Shown in pieces: positions 1-12,794 of a stretch of 64,000 nt of DNA. Both the position numbers and the translations under genes were made by a program. The stretch spans positions 32,304,001-32,368,000 of the forward strand of contig NC_058368.1 in the NCBI RefSeq assembly GCF_018350175.1. Direction: 5' to 3'. Within the stretch, counting starts at the first letter, position 1. The number at the start of each line of letters is the position of its first letter. Under the pieces are notes generated by a model, which saw only the letters and a program-made list of their open reading frames with translations, was not told the origin of the DNA and made no database searches. This stretch comes from Felis catus (Eukaryota).

Positions 1-1319
1 TGCTGCAACTTTCATGTAAATAAATGGTAGCTCCCAAATGGAATATGTAATATTAGGCACATAAGTCATATATATTCTCACACAATTAAAATTAGTCAGT
101 ATGCATCACTTGTTAAGTGGGTTAAAACAAAAATGAGACTTCATGTGCAGTGAAAAAAGTATACTGGTTAAATAAATTTTACAATAATAAGTAATAATAT
201 GCTGCTAAATTTATTTTTGCATGTATAATGGCTTTTTTAAATATCTCATACCAAATGATAAAACATCCTTCATGAAATTGTACATTTCTGTGAGAAGAAT
301 TTATAAGACAAAAGTGACTGGGGAAAGATCTAGATATGACAATTATATCATGGTAGCAAACTATTACCGGGTTATTGTCTATGTAACGAATGCTGCTTTC
401 ATTTCCATTGTTGAGGACTACTATTAATTCACACAATGTGTCTTGTCCTTAGGAAGGCAGAAATTGCAAGGAATGGAGCAGTTGCCACTTGCTAGAGTTT
501 CCCCACTTGATGAGACGTAGAAAGGCTTTTTCTTGGAAGTAGAGAGTTGGTGGAGGATGATGCAATTGTTATATGGAGGCTATAAGAAAAATTGATTCAT
601 TTGTACCAGTTCTAACTTTAATTATTCCACTTAACACATAAGAATATATCCTATTTCAGTGTTCTGCCGCTGTGACATTCTCACATTACAAGAAAATAAA
701 TTTGAACAGAATTCTTGCTTCTTCATTTTTTATATTAAAACAAGGAAGCCTCATTCTGCTATTTTGACCCTTCCAAGATTTCTTGTAGATAACGGAAAGG
801 GTCGCGAGAGAGCTAGATTCTCAGTAAGAAAGGTTTAATGAATGTTGCAGAGGGGTAATTTGCATGGAAATGACATTTTTTGAAGTCTGAGGAATGTAAC
901 AAAAAGAGAAAAGGAAACAACCTATCTTCAGCCTGATGACAATGTTTATAATGAGTCTGAAAAACAGTAGAAATTTAGCCAGCTTCTGTAGTATTATAAT
1001 CTGATTTTGATTTCTATGGGAGCTTTTTAAGTAGGTAGGGATATGACTAAAGAAATTATATTTGAAACTCTTCAATTAAACTAAGGACTGATAGAAAATA
1101 GTTCATTTATGCTCTGTTAACTGCGTATATGATCATCAATAATGATGCAAACCTGTTGATACTTTCATATTTTATTCTCAAATTGAGAGCAGTAAATTTA
1201 ATATTAGTTCAGATAATTCTGTCACATACTCTCACTCTGTATGCATATAGATGTAAAAATGTAACTATTTTGTATGAATATACAAATATGCAGGTAGATA
1301 GATACAATGTTTCACTTTA

Positions 1320-1535
1320 GATTTTTTTTTTTCAATGTTTATTTATTTTTGGGACAGAGAGAGACAGAGCATGAACGGGGGAGAGGCAGAAAGAGAGGGA
1401 GACACAGAATCGGAAACAGGCCCCAGGCTCTGAGCCATCAGCCCAGAGCCCGACGCGGGGCTCAAACTCACGGACCGCGAGATTGTGACCTGGCTGAAGC
1501 CGGACGCTTAACCGACTGCGCCACCCAGGCGCCCC
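1320..1535 (-). mobile_element. Can-SINE (SINEC_Fc type), young, full length
   Basis: Reverse complement of GGGGCGCCTGGGTGGCGCAGTCGGTTAAGCGTCCG head, (CT) tract and A-rich tail; perfect 17-bp TSD tacaatgtttcacttta at 1303-1319 and 1536-1552; many CpGs retained. Confidence 0.97.
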
Positions 1536-2072
1536 TACAATGTTTCACTTTAAAAAGAGTAGTGTTGACAAACTGGAAAAGCTGCTTGGAAGAAAATACG
1601 GAGTATCTCAAGCATTTCCAAAAGTTAATATTTATCATCTTGGCATACATTCCAGAATGTTATTAATAAGTATTAGTTGGGAATAAGAAACCTGTGATGT
1701 GCTGAATTTATAAATAATTGTTTGTCTTAGGTCAACAAGGGATTTTCCTATATTTCCTAACTTTAACACCAATGTTTTTGTCTCACTGTTGATTTGTTTT
1801 TCAACCATTATGTAATATAATGGGTAAACTGAGGATATTAGTTTGTGTAACAAATTAAAAGTTCTCAGTTAATATAAATGGATACTTTGAATCTTCTTTA
1901 GCTACTACATTATTTAGATATAGATAGAAGATAGATAGATAGATATAGATTATAGGTATGGAAACATCTACATACACACATATATACATAAGGGGGAAAA
2001 TCCTTTATGTTAAACCAAAAAAAAAACAAATGGAAAACAGAAAGGAATTTTTCTTATAAAAATATGTATCTT

Positions 2073-2261
2073 GGGGTGCCTGAGTGGCTCAGTCAGTTAA
2101 GCATCTGACTTCAGCTCAGGTTGTGATGTTGAGGTTTGTGAGTTTGAACCCCACTTTGGGCTCCGTGCTAACAGTGCAGAGCCTGGAACCTGCTTCAGAT
2201 TATCTCTCTCTCTCTCTCTCTCTGCCCCCCCCCCCTCAAAAATAAGTAAACATTAAAAAAA
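2073..2261 (+). mobile_element. Can-SINE
   Basis: ggggtgcctgagtggctcagtcagttaagcatctgact head, (CT)n, aaaataagtaaacattaaaaaa tail. Confidence 0.93.
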
Positions 2262-4217
2262 TTTTAAACTCTGGATCTTGGTGTTTAAGGCACTCACCCA
2301 TTGTGTTAAACATTTGTTATGAACTGTTACTATTGAAAGGTGTCATAAGGTTTTAAAGGCTAAGGAATAAAAAAAAAAGTCAACATGACATTTTATCTTG
2401 CAATAAGCAAAGGGACACTGGCAGTGCTAGTCCATCAGTATGCTGATGATACTCAGCTCAACATTGTCTTTGATGTGACCCATATAGATGGTGTTTTGCC
2501 AACTTTTTATTGTGTCTTGCTGTTAGGGACATGGATTAAAACGAACTGACCAAATTGCAATCCAAACAAGAAAGAATGCTGATAGGCAGGAGGAATCATC
2601 TGGAGCATGGATAAAGAGCAGTCTTACTCAGTTATTTTTTCTGTTTTTGCTATTGAAGCCTGTAGTCTAAGATGTCTTTGATCCACAATATTTTTCAGTT
2701 AACCCAGTAGTTAAAATCCAGTTGTATGTGATTTATAATTTTCATGTCTATTTGAAAGAGAACCCAGGAGGAGGAACTGTATGGATGCTGTGCTCTTCCA
2801 ATAGGAAGAAAAAAATCTCTGATAAGAAAATTAATAGCCTAACCCTTTGATATACAGGGGAACCATGAGAATCTTACTATGTTTTGCTATCAGAGCAAAT
2901 GATTCTTACACCATGAAATATTATCCTACTTATTTCTTTATTCAAAAGTGATCTTTCCTTGTCTGAATCCCTATTGTACATTTTATACTACTCTCACAAT
3001 ATATATGTATAACACTCATGTTACGTTTATATAATGCGTTATATATATATATATTTATGTGTATATACATATAAATATAAAACACTATGTTGATATAATA
3101 TCAGTGTTATTTAGTCTTGTTTTTTTATTGATGAATTTGTCTTATTTTTTTCAAGTGCCAAAGTGAACATAATTAACCAGTTAAGCCAATGGATCAAACA
3201 ATTCAACTTTTAATTAATTAAATTTTAAATAGTCACATTAAACTATTAGTTACCATATGAGACAGTATATTCTATATTTCTTTTCATAATATAAAATATT
3301 AATATAATTTACTTAAGTCAATCCAATAATTTTAATTTAATACTTTTAATTTTAATAATTAAGTATAAAAAAGAAATCTTGATTTCAAAATTCTGCATTC
3401 TTGCTAGATGATGTTTTACAGATGAAGAAAATTATTATCACAAAAATACAAATTGATAGGGGCTCATGCTGTTTTAAACTAATTTAATCAGCTAATTCAA
3501 CTTCATATTATTTCCAGCTAAAAGATAGAGGAAAAGAGAAATCAAGAGGGAGATGTCTGAATTCTATGATGTTCGAAATAATGACCTTCCTTTATTCCTA
3601 TAATTAGCTAAAATCATTCAAATGAACTAAAATGGGAGGAAAGTAAATTTGGATAGTTTAGTAAGTTGTTATGCTTCTATGTCTATCTAGTAAAGGAAGT
3701 AAAGTATCTTCCTTTAGAAGATAAAAGAAACAAATCTGAACTCACCCTGATGTTGGTTTGACCATTAGAAAGTTAAAATAATCAGATATCACCATTAATT
3801 TCTACCAGACAATTTAATTTGCTGGTAAAATTTGGGACAAGAAACATGAGTTTACTTTTGTAGCCAATGCATCTCCTCATCCAACTACCAAGATTACTTG
3901 TATAGTTTTTGTGTTTTTTTTTCCCTCTCCCCTGCTTTTTGGACACATTTTTGTTTACTTAGACAAATGATTTGAGCTTTTTTTGTGTGTTTCAGAATTG
4001 GAAGGAAAAAATGCAAAGGGGTATGGATAGACACATGGATTGCACTGGGGGAGTTATTTACAGAGATGACAGATGGGTGTTAGAGCATCTCTTCTTCTGT
4101 ATGTGAGGAAGAGTGAATGGGAAAGAGAGACTTTAGATAAAGTATGCTATATTATATATTATTTTAAAAATGCAAGCCAAAAGATCTATACTATGCAAAC
4201 TTAATTAGTGTTTGTTG

Positions 4218-4219
<2 letters not shown>

Positions 4220-4255
<36 letters not shown>
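4220..4255. repeat. (TA)n microsatellite
   Basis: Perfect alternating AT run of about 36 bp. Confidence 0.95.
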
Positions 4256-4257
<2 letters not shown>

Positions 4258-4358
4258 CTGTAGTAGTGTACAGAACATTAATTTAATAAGGTATTTGGCA
4301 CAATGCAACATCTAAAATAAGTTTAAAGTAATATGGGCTAGAGAAATGGTTTGAACAC

Positions 4359-4588
4359 TTTTTTTTAAGGTTTATTTATTTTTGAGAGAGAGAGAGTATG
4401 CATGTGCAGGAACGTGCCCCTCGTGCGAGCAGGGGAAGGGCAGAGAGAGAGGGAGACAGTGATTCCAAAGCAGGCTCTAAGCTGTCAGCTCAAAGCCCCA
4501 TGTGGGGCTCAAACTTAGGAACCCGACTGTGAGATCATGACCTGAGCCGAAGTCGGATGCTCAACCTCGTGAGCCACCCAGGTGCCTC
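4359..4588 (-). mobile_element. Can-SINE
   Basis: T-rich tail, (GA)n, ends gagccacccaggtgcctc; degenerate TSD gtttgaacacttt / gttttaaacacttt. Confidence 0.93.
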
Positions 4589-5034
4589 AGTTTTAAACAC
4601 TTTTAATTAACAGGAAAGGTTTTATTTTTCCAGAGAAAATAACTGAAGTAACTAAGGTAAAAAAATATCTTACAGGTAAAATCAGAGCTATTCTAGTGGA
4701 AGCAGATAAATGTGTACCCATTTGGTGTTCTTTAGTCCTATCCCTCAGCTCCCAGGAGGCTCTAAAATCTCAGATATGATTGGAAACTCCGGTGATAATA
4801 GTTTACCATATATATATTTTGAATTCTGGTTTAAAAGAGTGATGATTTTTTAATGTCACCAAATTTAAAGGAGAACCTTCCATCTCTCTTGTTTGCCGTT
4901 TTGTTTTCACCTCGATAGACAATACATATACTTTATAGGTTACCTGACACTGAAATACTTAATCCATTAGAAACAGAATGACTAAATAAGATTATCTTTT
5001 TAGCCTGTGACAACAGTTGGAAACAAGATTTTTT

Positions 5035-5230
5035 GTTTGTTTTTTATAAATAAAGTTTTACTGTAACACAGTTATATTCATTCATTATGTACTGCCTCTG
5101 GCTGCTTTCCTGCTAAACTATAGAATTGAGTGCCTGCAACAGAAACCTTTAAACCGCAAACACAAAACGTAAAATATTTACCATCTGGCTCTGTACAGAA
5201 AAAAAAAAAAAAAAAGCTTTTCAACACCTC
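5035..5230 (+). mobile_element. MER58A-like hAT-Charlie DNA transposon fossil
   Basis: Resembles recalled consensus: ttttataaataaagttttactgtaacacag...ggctgctttcc...aaaatatttaccatctggctctgtacagaaaaa. Confidence 0.75.
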
Positions 5231-5478
5231 TTCTTACCTAAAAAAGACAAGGTGTAAGGTAAAGAGTTTCAGCTATCCCTATTTTGATAGATAGGTAAAT
5301 CTACCATGAAACCATACACAGTAGTTAATGTGGAAAACAGACTGCAATTTCAGTTGTCTCTAAAATCAAAATGATTCAAGGTTTGAGGTGTTCTCACTCA
5401 ACATGTAAATATAATTTTTAAATTACATTATTTGAATGAACTTTCTTAATCGAGAAAGCTTCCTTTGGTAGATTAAAC

Positions 5479-5686
5479 CAGGGGTTGGCGAACCATTGCC
5501 TGAGGGCCAAATCTACCTTGTAGCTTGTTTTTCTATAGTCTTTAAGCCATACAAAATATTTTTAAAGGATTCTTTTAAAATATAACACAAAAACAAAGAA
5601 TATATTATAGAGATGGTATGTGGCCAGCAAAACCTACAATTTTTACTATATAACTCTTCAATAAAAAAAAAAAAAGTTGCTCACTT
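5479..5686 (+). mobile_element. MER58B/C-like hAT-Charlie DNA transposon fossil
   Basis: Starts caggggttggcgaacc...gggccaaatct (MER58 terminal repeat) and contains agagatggtatgtggccagcaaaacctacaatttttactat. Confidence 0.7.
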
Positions 5687-6297
5687 TAGGATAAGACTAT
5701 CTAGAACTGTGTTTGTGTTCTATACTAGACAAATCATATTGTGAAAAAAAACATATAAACAAATAATACAAAACATAGATTACAAATGAAAATATTTCTC
5801 AAAAATGAAAATCTGTAATGGAGCATGCTTATTTTGGACAAGAGACCATTTAGGGAAGTATAGTTTAAGACTTACTGCATTTGGAGATCTCTCTTGCAGA
5901 CAAGATCCCTATCATTTTGTTGTTTACAGAGCAGAATTAAAGGGCAGAGGCAAATGTGTGAAAGCCACAAATATGCAGACTCTGCCATAATATTAGAAAT
6001 AATTTTCTAAAATCACTGGGTATCACTTGTAAATCATAGAGAGTTTTCTATTAGTAAGATGACTAAATAGAGTAAAATAATATGACAGTGTAAAATCAGT
6101 CTATTAGAAGTGAAATGGGATTAAGGACTCGAACGTACCCTTATCATGTTTTTTCATTTTTAAGAACGCTTTCCACTTTTTGAATATTATTATTTTATCA
6201 TTATTGTTACATTGTCACTATTGTTTTATAAATGATCTTCACTAACTGTAAATATTAATACATTTTTAGATATTTTTCTTTCCAAATATTTTATAAC

Positions 6298-6331
6298 TTT
6301 TTTCTTTTCTTTTCTTTTCTTTTCTTTTCTT

Positions 6332-6363
<32 letters not shown>

Positions 6364-6365
6364 TT
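6298..6365. repeat. (TTTTC)n / poly-T simple repeat
   Basis: Seen directly. Confidence 0.9.
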
Positions 6366-6564
6366 ACACATGGAATTTGATTTCTGGCTTCCAAATAGAA
6401 GCTTTATCTAAAATGACTGTTCATTCTTGCCCTTTTTTCTATTTAATCACTGACCACTAAAAAGCTGATTGGGAACCTTATGCATACAGAGTGAACTTGT
6501 CTTTTTTGAAGATTGACCTGGTCTCTGGTCTTGATACTTTCTCTGAAATCAAGAATGTTTCCCT

Positions 6565-6780
6565 GAGGGAAACAAACCACAAGAGACTCTTAAGGATAGA
6601 GAACAAACTGTGTGTTGACGGAGGGAGGTGGGAGCAGGGGATGAGCTATATGGGTGGTGGGTATTAAGGAGGGCACTTGTTGTGATGAGCACTGGGTGTT
6701 GTGTGTGAGAGATGAATCTGAATTCCACTCCTGAAATATTGCACTGTATGTTAACTCTAAAATAAAAAACAAATTAAAAG
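6565..6780 (+). mobile_element. LINE-1 (carnivore L1) 3' UTR fragment, heavily 5'-truncated
   Basis: aaaccacaagagactcttaagg...ggagggcacttgttgtgatgagcactgggtgttg...A-rich tail; homologous to the L1 3' ends at 26809 and 22310. Confidence 0.88.
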
Positions 6781-7086
6781 AGTGTTGGTATTTTTAGGTC
6801 TCTTCCATTTTTTTCTTCAGATATCTCCAGAAGACTCTCCCAGTCCTTAGCATGGAAAGTAACAGGTCGGTCTTCCAGAAACCTCTTAGAGGAGTGTCAG
6901 AGGAAGGCAAGTGTTTTCAGTATTTAGTACTGAATTGCAGTTTTAACAGCTGGCCTGACTTTCCTCTAGCTGCAGGGATGCCTGAGAATTTGGCTCTTAC
7001 TTGAACCCTTCTGCAACATTAACTCAAGGACAGTATAAGTACACTACATGCAAGGTAAATTAGGGTTCTTCTCAGTTGTTATATAC

Positions 7087-7670
7087 CAATCCAAGCACCT
7101 GTGCCTTGTTACAGATAGTGTTTATTGAGGAACATGTAATTGATAAATAACCCATAATTGATGAGTAATATATAGTTGATGGGATACAGCTCCACCTGGG
7201 AATGGGAGCTTGTCATGTACCTCTGAGGGAGCATATGACTAGCAGACTATAAAAACTGAAGGAACTCTAATGCTAATGGCTTCACCCCAAAGGCATCACT
7301 CCACCTTGACTCTTCTAGGGGACCAAATACAACGTGATTGAGACATTCAGAGAACATGTCTGAGAGGCCCAAGAATTCTACTACGCTGCTGCTGCATATC
7401 CTATTTCCTTTCTCATCTCTAAGTGTTTTGGCAAAGCCTATGTTGTCTTATGAGTTTGGTTGTCAAGTCAGACCCGGGGACCCTGCTGTTGGAGCAGGGT
7501 GAACACTGATGAATGTAGACATTTATCTATTCCTGCCACTTACTGTATGATAATGCCTCACCCCAGCCTTAAAGTTAGCCCTATATTACACCCTTCCAGT
7601 GTCCCTCCCTTTTGCATTTTTCAAAAAATAAAACATCAAGTTTGCTACGAACAGCCATCAGTCCCACAAA
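7087..7670 (+). mobile_element. Probable old ERVL-class LTR, family not resolved
   Basis: GC-richer block with gtcagacccggggaccctgctgttgg, an AATAAA near 7627 and a CA end followed by aactggc; boundaries uncertain; first 159 bp repeated at 10183-10341. Confidence 0.4.
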
Positions 7671-7883
7671 CTGGCAGAAGAGATAAGGAGGTTCGACCTC
7701 TGCTTAAATAGATTGCTTACCCAATTCTATTTAATCGCACATTTACTTTACTTTCAGGTGCATCTACCATTGTCAATTCCTGGGTATTTGGGTGAATTTA
7801 TTTTATCAGGTTCTTTCTTTGCTTTACGTTTTGCTGGTTTATCATCCAGCTCAGTTGCCTCTTCTGAGTTACCGCTTGTCCAC

Positions 7884-8105
7884 TTTTTTAAAAAAATTTT
7901 TTAACGTTTACTTATTTTTGAGACAGAGAGTGACAGAGCATGAACGGGGGAGGGGCAGAGAGAGAGGGAGACACAGAATAGGAAGCAGGCTCCAGGCTCT
8001 GAGCCATCAGCCCAGAGCCCAACGCCGGGCTCGAACTCATGCACCGCAAGATTGTGACCTGAGCTGAAGTCAGACGCTTAACCGACTGAGCCACCCAGGT
8101 GCCCC
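7884..8105 (-). mobile_element. Can-SINE (SINEC_Fc type)
   Basis: Near-consensus body, ends gagccacccaggtgcccc; nearly the same sequence as the 1320-1535 copy. Confidence 0.96.
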
Positions 8106-8217
8106 TGTCCATCACTTTTGTAGTTTCCAACATGTGTATTTTTAAATCTTTTTTTGGTCCCATTTGTGTTGATTTTGAATGTATGTTTAAAAAATATTTT
8201 TACTATCCTTTTGTTAG

Positions 8218-8690
8218 GAGGTGGTCCTCATACATTTGCTTCACACATCTCTTTGGCAGGCTTGTAAAGCCTATGGAGTTCTCAAAATAATGATTTAAAT
8301 TCATGAGATAAAATGTATAAGAATACAACAGAAAGCAACTGTGCTGAAAAGCAGTTATAAAAATATTTTAAACATTTTTACATAAGAATAAATATGTGTC
8401 TCCACTCATGCATTAAATAAAAATTTTGAGTTGCAGGTCTAATATCCATCATAATTTGGTAGTGATCAATGTAATCTAAATTCTGGTTCTGCAGTAGATA
8501 AAATGTGATATGAAGCTACCCATGATTTTTAATGATAATAAAGCCATAAATATTGCTAATACTACTGGGGTTTGTTGCCTCTACGTGTAATTGAAGGAAA
8601 GATCATTTTCAGTTAGAGGTTACTGAAAATAAATATATACATCCAAGTTACAATTCATTCAAGTCCAGGTATTCTGGTTATAAATCCCTG
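8218..8690 (+). mobile_element. Charlie4a-like hAT DNA transposon fossil
   Basis: ctttggcaggcttgtaaagcctatgga...tgctaatactactggggtttgttgcct...cagttagaggttactgaaaataaa...aaatccctg resembles recalled Charlie4 consensus. Confidence 0.7.
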
Positions 8691-9280
8691 AGTTAGGGGG
8701 TCTTCAAGGATGTAGGAACTAAATCTGTGTATCAGTGTTCCACCTTACACAGGAAGTACCATAACTTATATCCATGCAAATAAAAACAACTGCATATTGG
8801 TTGAAAACACATTCCAAATGCTAGCAATAATTCACAGTCATTGTATGTGATGTTTCACCACTCTTGTTAAGAAAAGATGCATAATATAAATATATTTAAT
8901 GGATAATATGTATTATTTTCGATATGTTCATGCAGGTGGAAGGCTACCAGAATAAAGATGCAGTGCTGATATTTAAGCTGAATTGAAATATATTCTTGTT
9001 ATTAAAAAAGGTCATGCTCCAGTTGTTGAGGTAAGCGGGATGAGAAAAGAAAACATTTGAGGTTGTCATGACTCACATTGTCGAACTTCTAATGTAAAAC
9101 ATCAGAAGGCATGGAGTGCGATTTGCTGGTGCATGAGTATTTTCAAATACATGGGAGAAGGGGCTTTTCTGAACATTTGCCAGTATCTTTGTGGTTTGGG
9201 AACAGATTCTTTCCAAGCTGCCATACTACAGTAATGTATTTTTTGTCTTCACCACTATTTATATGGTTAAAAAGAATATG

Positions 9281-9372
9281 TATATTTATGTATACATGTA
9301 TATATTTATGTATGTGTATATATATTGGTTTATATTGGTATATGTATGTATATACACACACATAAATATATA
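9281..9372. repeat. TA/TG-rich low-complexity tract
   Basis: Degenerate (TA)n/(TG)n/(CA)n. Confidence 0.8.
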
Positions 9373-9434
9373 AATATTAAATTAAGTGTCTAAAATGCTT
9401 AAATCTGTAGCTTTGAGAAGAATAAAAATGTATA

Positions 9435-10097
9435 GGGACTTCTGGTACAGCCAAAGAGTAATAGACTGGTTTCTCCCAGCTCCTTTCTGCGAAATACAAC
9501 TAAAATCCTGGAAATAACACATCAGGCAGCTCTGTGGGTGGTGTGAAAATGAACTTCTTTGGCACCCCATAATTGAAGAAACAATACAACAACCGAAGGT
9601 TTGTCGTCATCCCATGCAGCAGAAGGAAGAGACCCTGGCTCAGAGTTCTTACAATCACCAACCTGGCAATGACAGGCAACCCAGATAACTTAATGTAACC
9701 TCTGGATCAATTGGGAGTCCCTCTGACAACAGGTGAGTCTGACACGACAGGCCTGCTAAAAATTAGTAACCAGGTACAATTTTCTCCTTGTCTGCTGGGT
9801 CTCAGACTTCCCTACTTGCCAAAGAGATAATGGGTAACTGGGTTGCATTGGCAAGAGGGGCTCTGATGTTAACAAATGCCCCATGTGTCCTTGTGCCAGA
9901 GATATCTATCCTCTACCTAGAGGCACCAGGCTGGCCAGGGAGCTCTGGTAGGGAGGACCACAGCACAAGAACCTATCAGAGAATTGCTTTTCATGCCCCA
10001 CATCATGGAGGTGGTGCGAGAGGAACAATCCCACCACAGCCAATGTCTAATCAGAGAAGCTTCTCGTCCCTGAAGTCCTGAAATGCATCTCTCCCAC
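9435..10097 (+). mobile_element. Old L1 (L1MC/L1M-type) 5' UTR, left part
   Basis: Starts gggacttctgg..., aaatacaactaaaatcctggaaataacac typical of old L1M 5' ends; appears to resume at 11640 after the MLT1 insertion. Confidence 0.55.
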
Positions 10098-10344
10098 TGT
10101 ATTGGTTTCCTACCACGTTTAAAAGAAGGAACCACATATTTAGTACTGGCACTTAAAACCACATTCTGACAAAAAGGTCATGCAATCGAAGCACCTCTGA
10201 CTAGTTACAGATAGTGCTTACCAAGTAACATATGACTAATAAATAGCCTATAATTGATGAGTAATATCTAACTGATGAGATGCAGCCCCACCTGGGAATG
10301 GGCACTTGTTATATGCCTCCGAGGGAGCACATGACCAGCAGGGT

Positions 10345-11140
10345 AGTCTCTCATGCTTTCCTCATAATTAATCTTCTAATTTTAGCATCTTTTGAAATCT
10401 GGATAGGCTGAGAAGTTTCCAAGACATCAAATCCCGGTTTCTTTTTGCTTAACAGTTCTTCCTCAATTTATTTCATTTCTCTCACATTTTACTAAAAACA
10501 GCCAGATGAAACCAGGCTGCATCCTCAACACTTTGCTTAGAAATATCTTCAGCTAAATATCCTTCCTTGTTTATCACATGCAGGTCCTGCTTTCAGTATA
10601 ACTCTAAGACACAAATCGGCTAAGCTTTGTACCATTATATAGCAAAGATGTACTTCCTCCTTTCCAATAACATATTCCTCCCTCCTTCTGAATCCTCACC
10701 AGCAGCAGCTTTAATGTCCATCTTTAATGGCTAGCAACTGTTTTATATCACAATGTATTTTATTTGAAGATATTTTATTCTTATTCCTTATTCTTGAATT
10801 TATAAGAAGATACATGTTTTTTCTTCCATGCTCCCACTTCTGCGTTCTCATCAGCAAGGTCCTTAATATTCATATTTTTTTCCAATAGGCTGTTCTTGAT
10901 TACCTAAATATTCTCTAAGACAATATGCTTTTTATCTGTCTATCTACATTTCCTACTGTGTCCTCACTAGCTTAGTGATTAATATCCATATTTCTACTAA
11001 CAATCTCTTCAAAGAAATTTAGGCTATTTTTATCATGCTCCTCAAAATCCTTTCAGCCTCTACCCATTACCCAATTTCAAAGTCACTTTCACGTTTTTAG
11101 GTATTCGTAATAACAGCATCCCATTTCCATGTACTAAAAT
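10345..11140 (-). mobile_element. MLT1 internal sequence (ERVL-MaLR)
   Basis: Minus strand reads ggatatttagctgaagatatttctaagcaaagtgttgaggatgcagcctggttt and tacctaaaaacgtgaaagtgactttgaaattgggtaatgggtagaggctg, both characteristic of MaLR internal regions. Confidence 0.85.
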
Positions 11141-11634
11141 GTATTCATTATTCACTGCTACTGTAACGAAGTATCTAAATACAATGCTTTAGAACAAGCC
11201 AAATTTATCATCTTACAGTTTGGGGTTCAGAAGTCTTAAAATCAAGATTTAGGCAGGGCTAAATTCCTTGTGAAGGCTCAAGGGGAAAATTATTTCCTTG
11301 ACTTTTTCAGGTTCTAGGGGAGATCTGAATTTCTTGGCTTGTGACTTCTTCATCCATTTCAAAGTTTACCACCTCAAGATTTATTACCATCTTAAAGATT
11401 TATTAGAAGAGGTGTTCTGACACCTCTTCTAATTCCTCTGTCCCCCTCTTCAATCTTACAAGGACCCTTGTGATCATAATGGGCCCACCCAAAAAATCCA
11501 CCATGCTCTTCCCATCTCCAGGTCCATAACTTAGCCACATCTCCAAAGTCCCTTTGCTATGTAATGTAACATACCGACAGGTCCCAAGGTTAGGATGTAA
11601 ACGTATTTGAGGGGAACGTATTTTGTCTATCATG
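11141..11634 (-). mobile_element. MLT1C/D-type LTR (5' LTR of the element)
   Basis: aatttatcatcttacagtt...cagaagtc...aaggacccttgtgatcataatgggcccaccc...aaagtccctttgctatgtaatgtaacata; abuts the internal region; followed by TSD cccac at 11635-11639. Confidence 0.9.
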
Positions 11635-11639
11635 CCCAC

Positions 11640-12790
11640 TCAGAGACCCTAGGCAGCCAAACCTGGGGAAAGTCCTTTGTACCCTCAACAACAACCATAG
11701 GGGGTCATTGGATCCCCCAGAGATAGAAGATAACTGAAGAAGACCAAAATAGCCTGGCAAAGACTGAAAATTGAAATGTCTTTGGAACCAAAGCATGCAA
11801 GTATAGGAGAGGATATGTATGTAAAGCCTAAATAGAGTGTTGGCTGTTAAAAGAAAATATTTAAGTAAACCCCAAGTCAAATGATATAAAAGACAAAAAA
11901 CAAAATAAAACAATCATCCTGATTAAAAAAAAAAACAAACTGGAAAAAATTACAACACATGTGAACACCAAGATAAATCAGATATTGGAAGTATCAGACG
12001 TGTTTGTTTTAAAAACAGTCATCTTTAAACTGTTTCAACAATAAATTAAAAAGTCTCCTAAAACAAATTTAAAATAAAGCTCCTGGCACATAAATACGTT
12101 ATAAGGAATCAGATGTAAAGTATAGAATAAAAAATACAAAACAGAAAACTCACTCAGTTGGTTCATTAGTAGACTGGAGATGCCAGAGGACAGAATCAGT
12201 AAACCTGGAGAAAGATAAACATAATTCACATAATCCAAGCAATTATGAACTGAAAAAAATGTGAACGAAGCCTTAGGGACAATGCGGTAATACACAAGCT
12301 CCAACATTTATATCCTCAGAGTAACTGAGGAGAAGAGAAGAAGAGAAGATCTGAAAGGGGATTGAATTCATAGCTACAAACATCTCACATGTAGAGCAAT
12401 AAAGAAACCACAAATTCAAAAAGCTCATCAAATCTTAAAAGGATACTTTAAAAGAATTACTACCGAGAAATATCATAATTAAATTTTGAAAACTAAAGAT
12501 AAAAAACAAGTCTGGGAAGCAGCCAGAAAAAAAAATGGCACATTACTTATAGGGGAATATCAATTTTAATAACTGAAGGTTTTCTATTTGAAGTAACAGA
12601 GGCAGAAAGAAGTAGTACAATACTCTTTCAATAGCACAACCTCTTCCAGATGTTAAATGAAAATTACTATCAACCATGAATTCTATATTCTTTGAAAATA
12701 TTCTTCAGGGCTTCCAGCAAAATACATTCTTAGATGAAGATAAACTTTGGTGAAAATGTGTCTGTATCAGACCCCCTCTTAGAGATTGAC
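11640..12790 (+). pseudogene. Old L1 5' UTR remainder plus decayed ORF1
   Basis: gaggacagaatcagtaaacctgga, atatcataattaaattttgaaaactaaagataaa...gaagcagccagaaaa, gaattctatattc...aaaatattcttca are L1 ORF1-like segments; no open frame. Confidence 0.75.
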
Positions 12791-12794
12791 TAGC

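Noticed and set aside
1307..1666. 119-aa ORF and similar ORFs at 7792, 36573, 59113 and 62548 (ERGRGRERGRHRI...)
   Set aside because: Read-through translations of Can-SINEs, not genes
7087..7245. 159-bp (53-codon) ungapped repeat as a duplicated coding exon
   Set aside because: Stop codons occur in all six frames of at least one copy, and there are no matching splice signals
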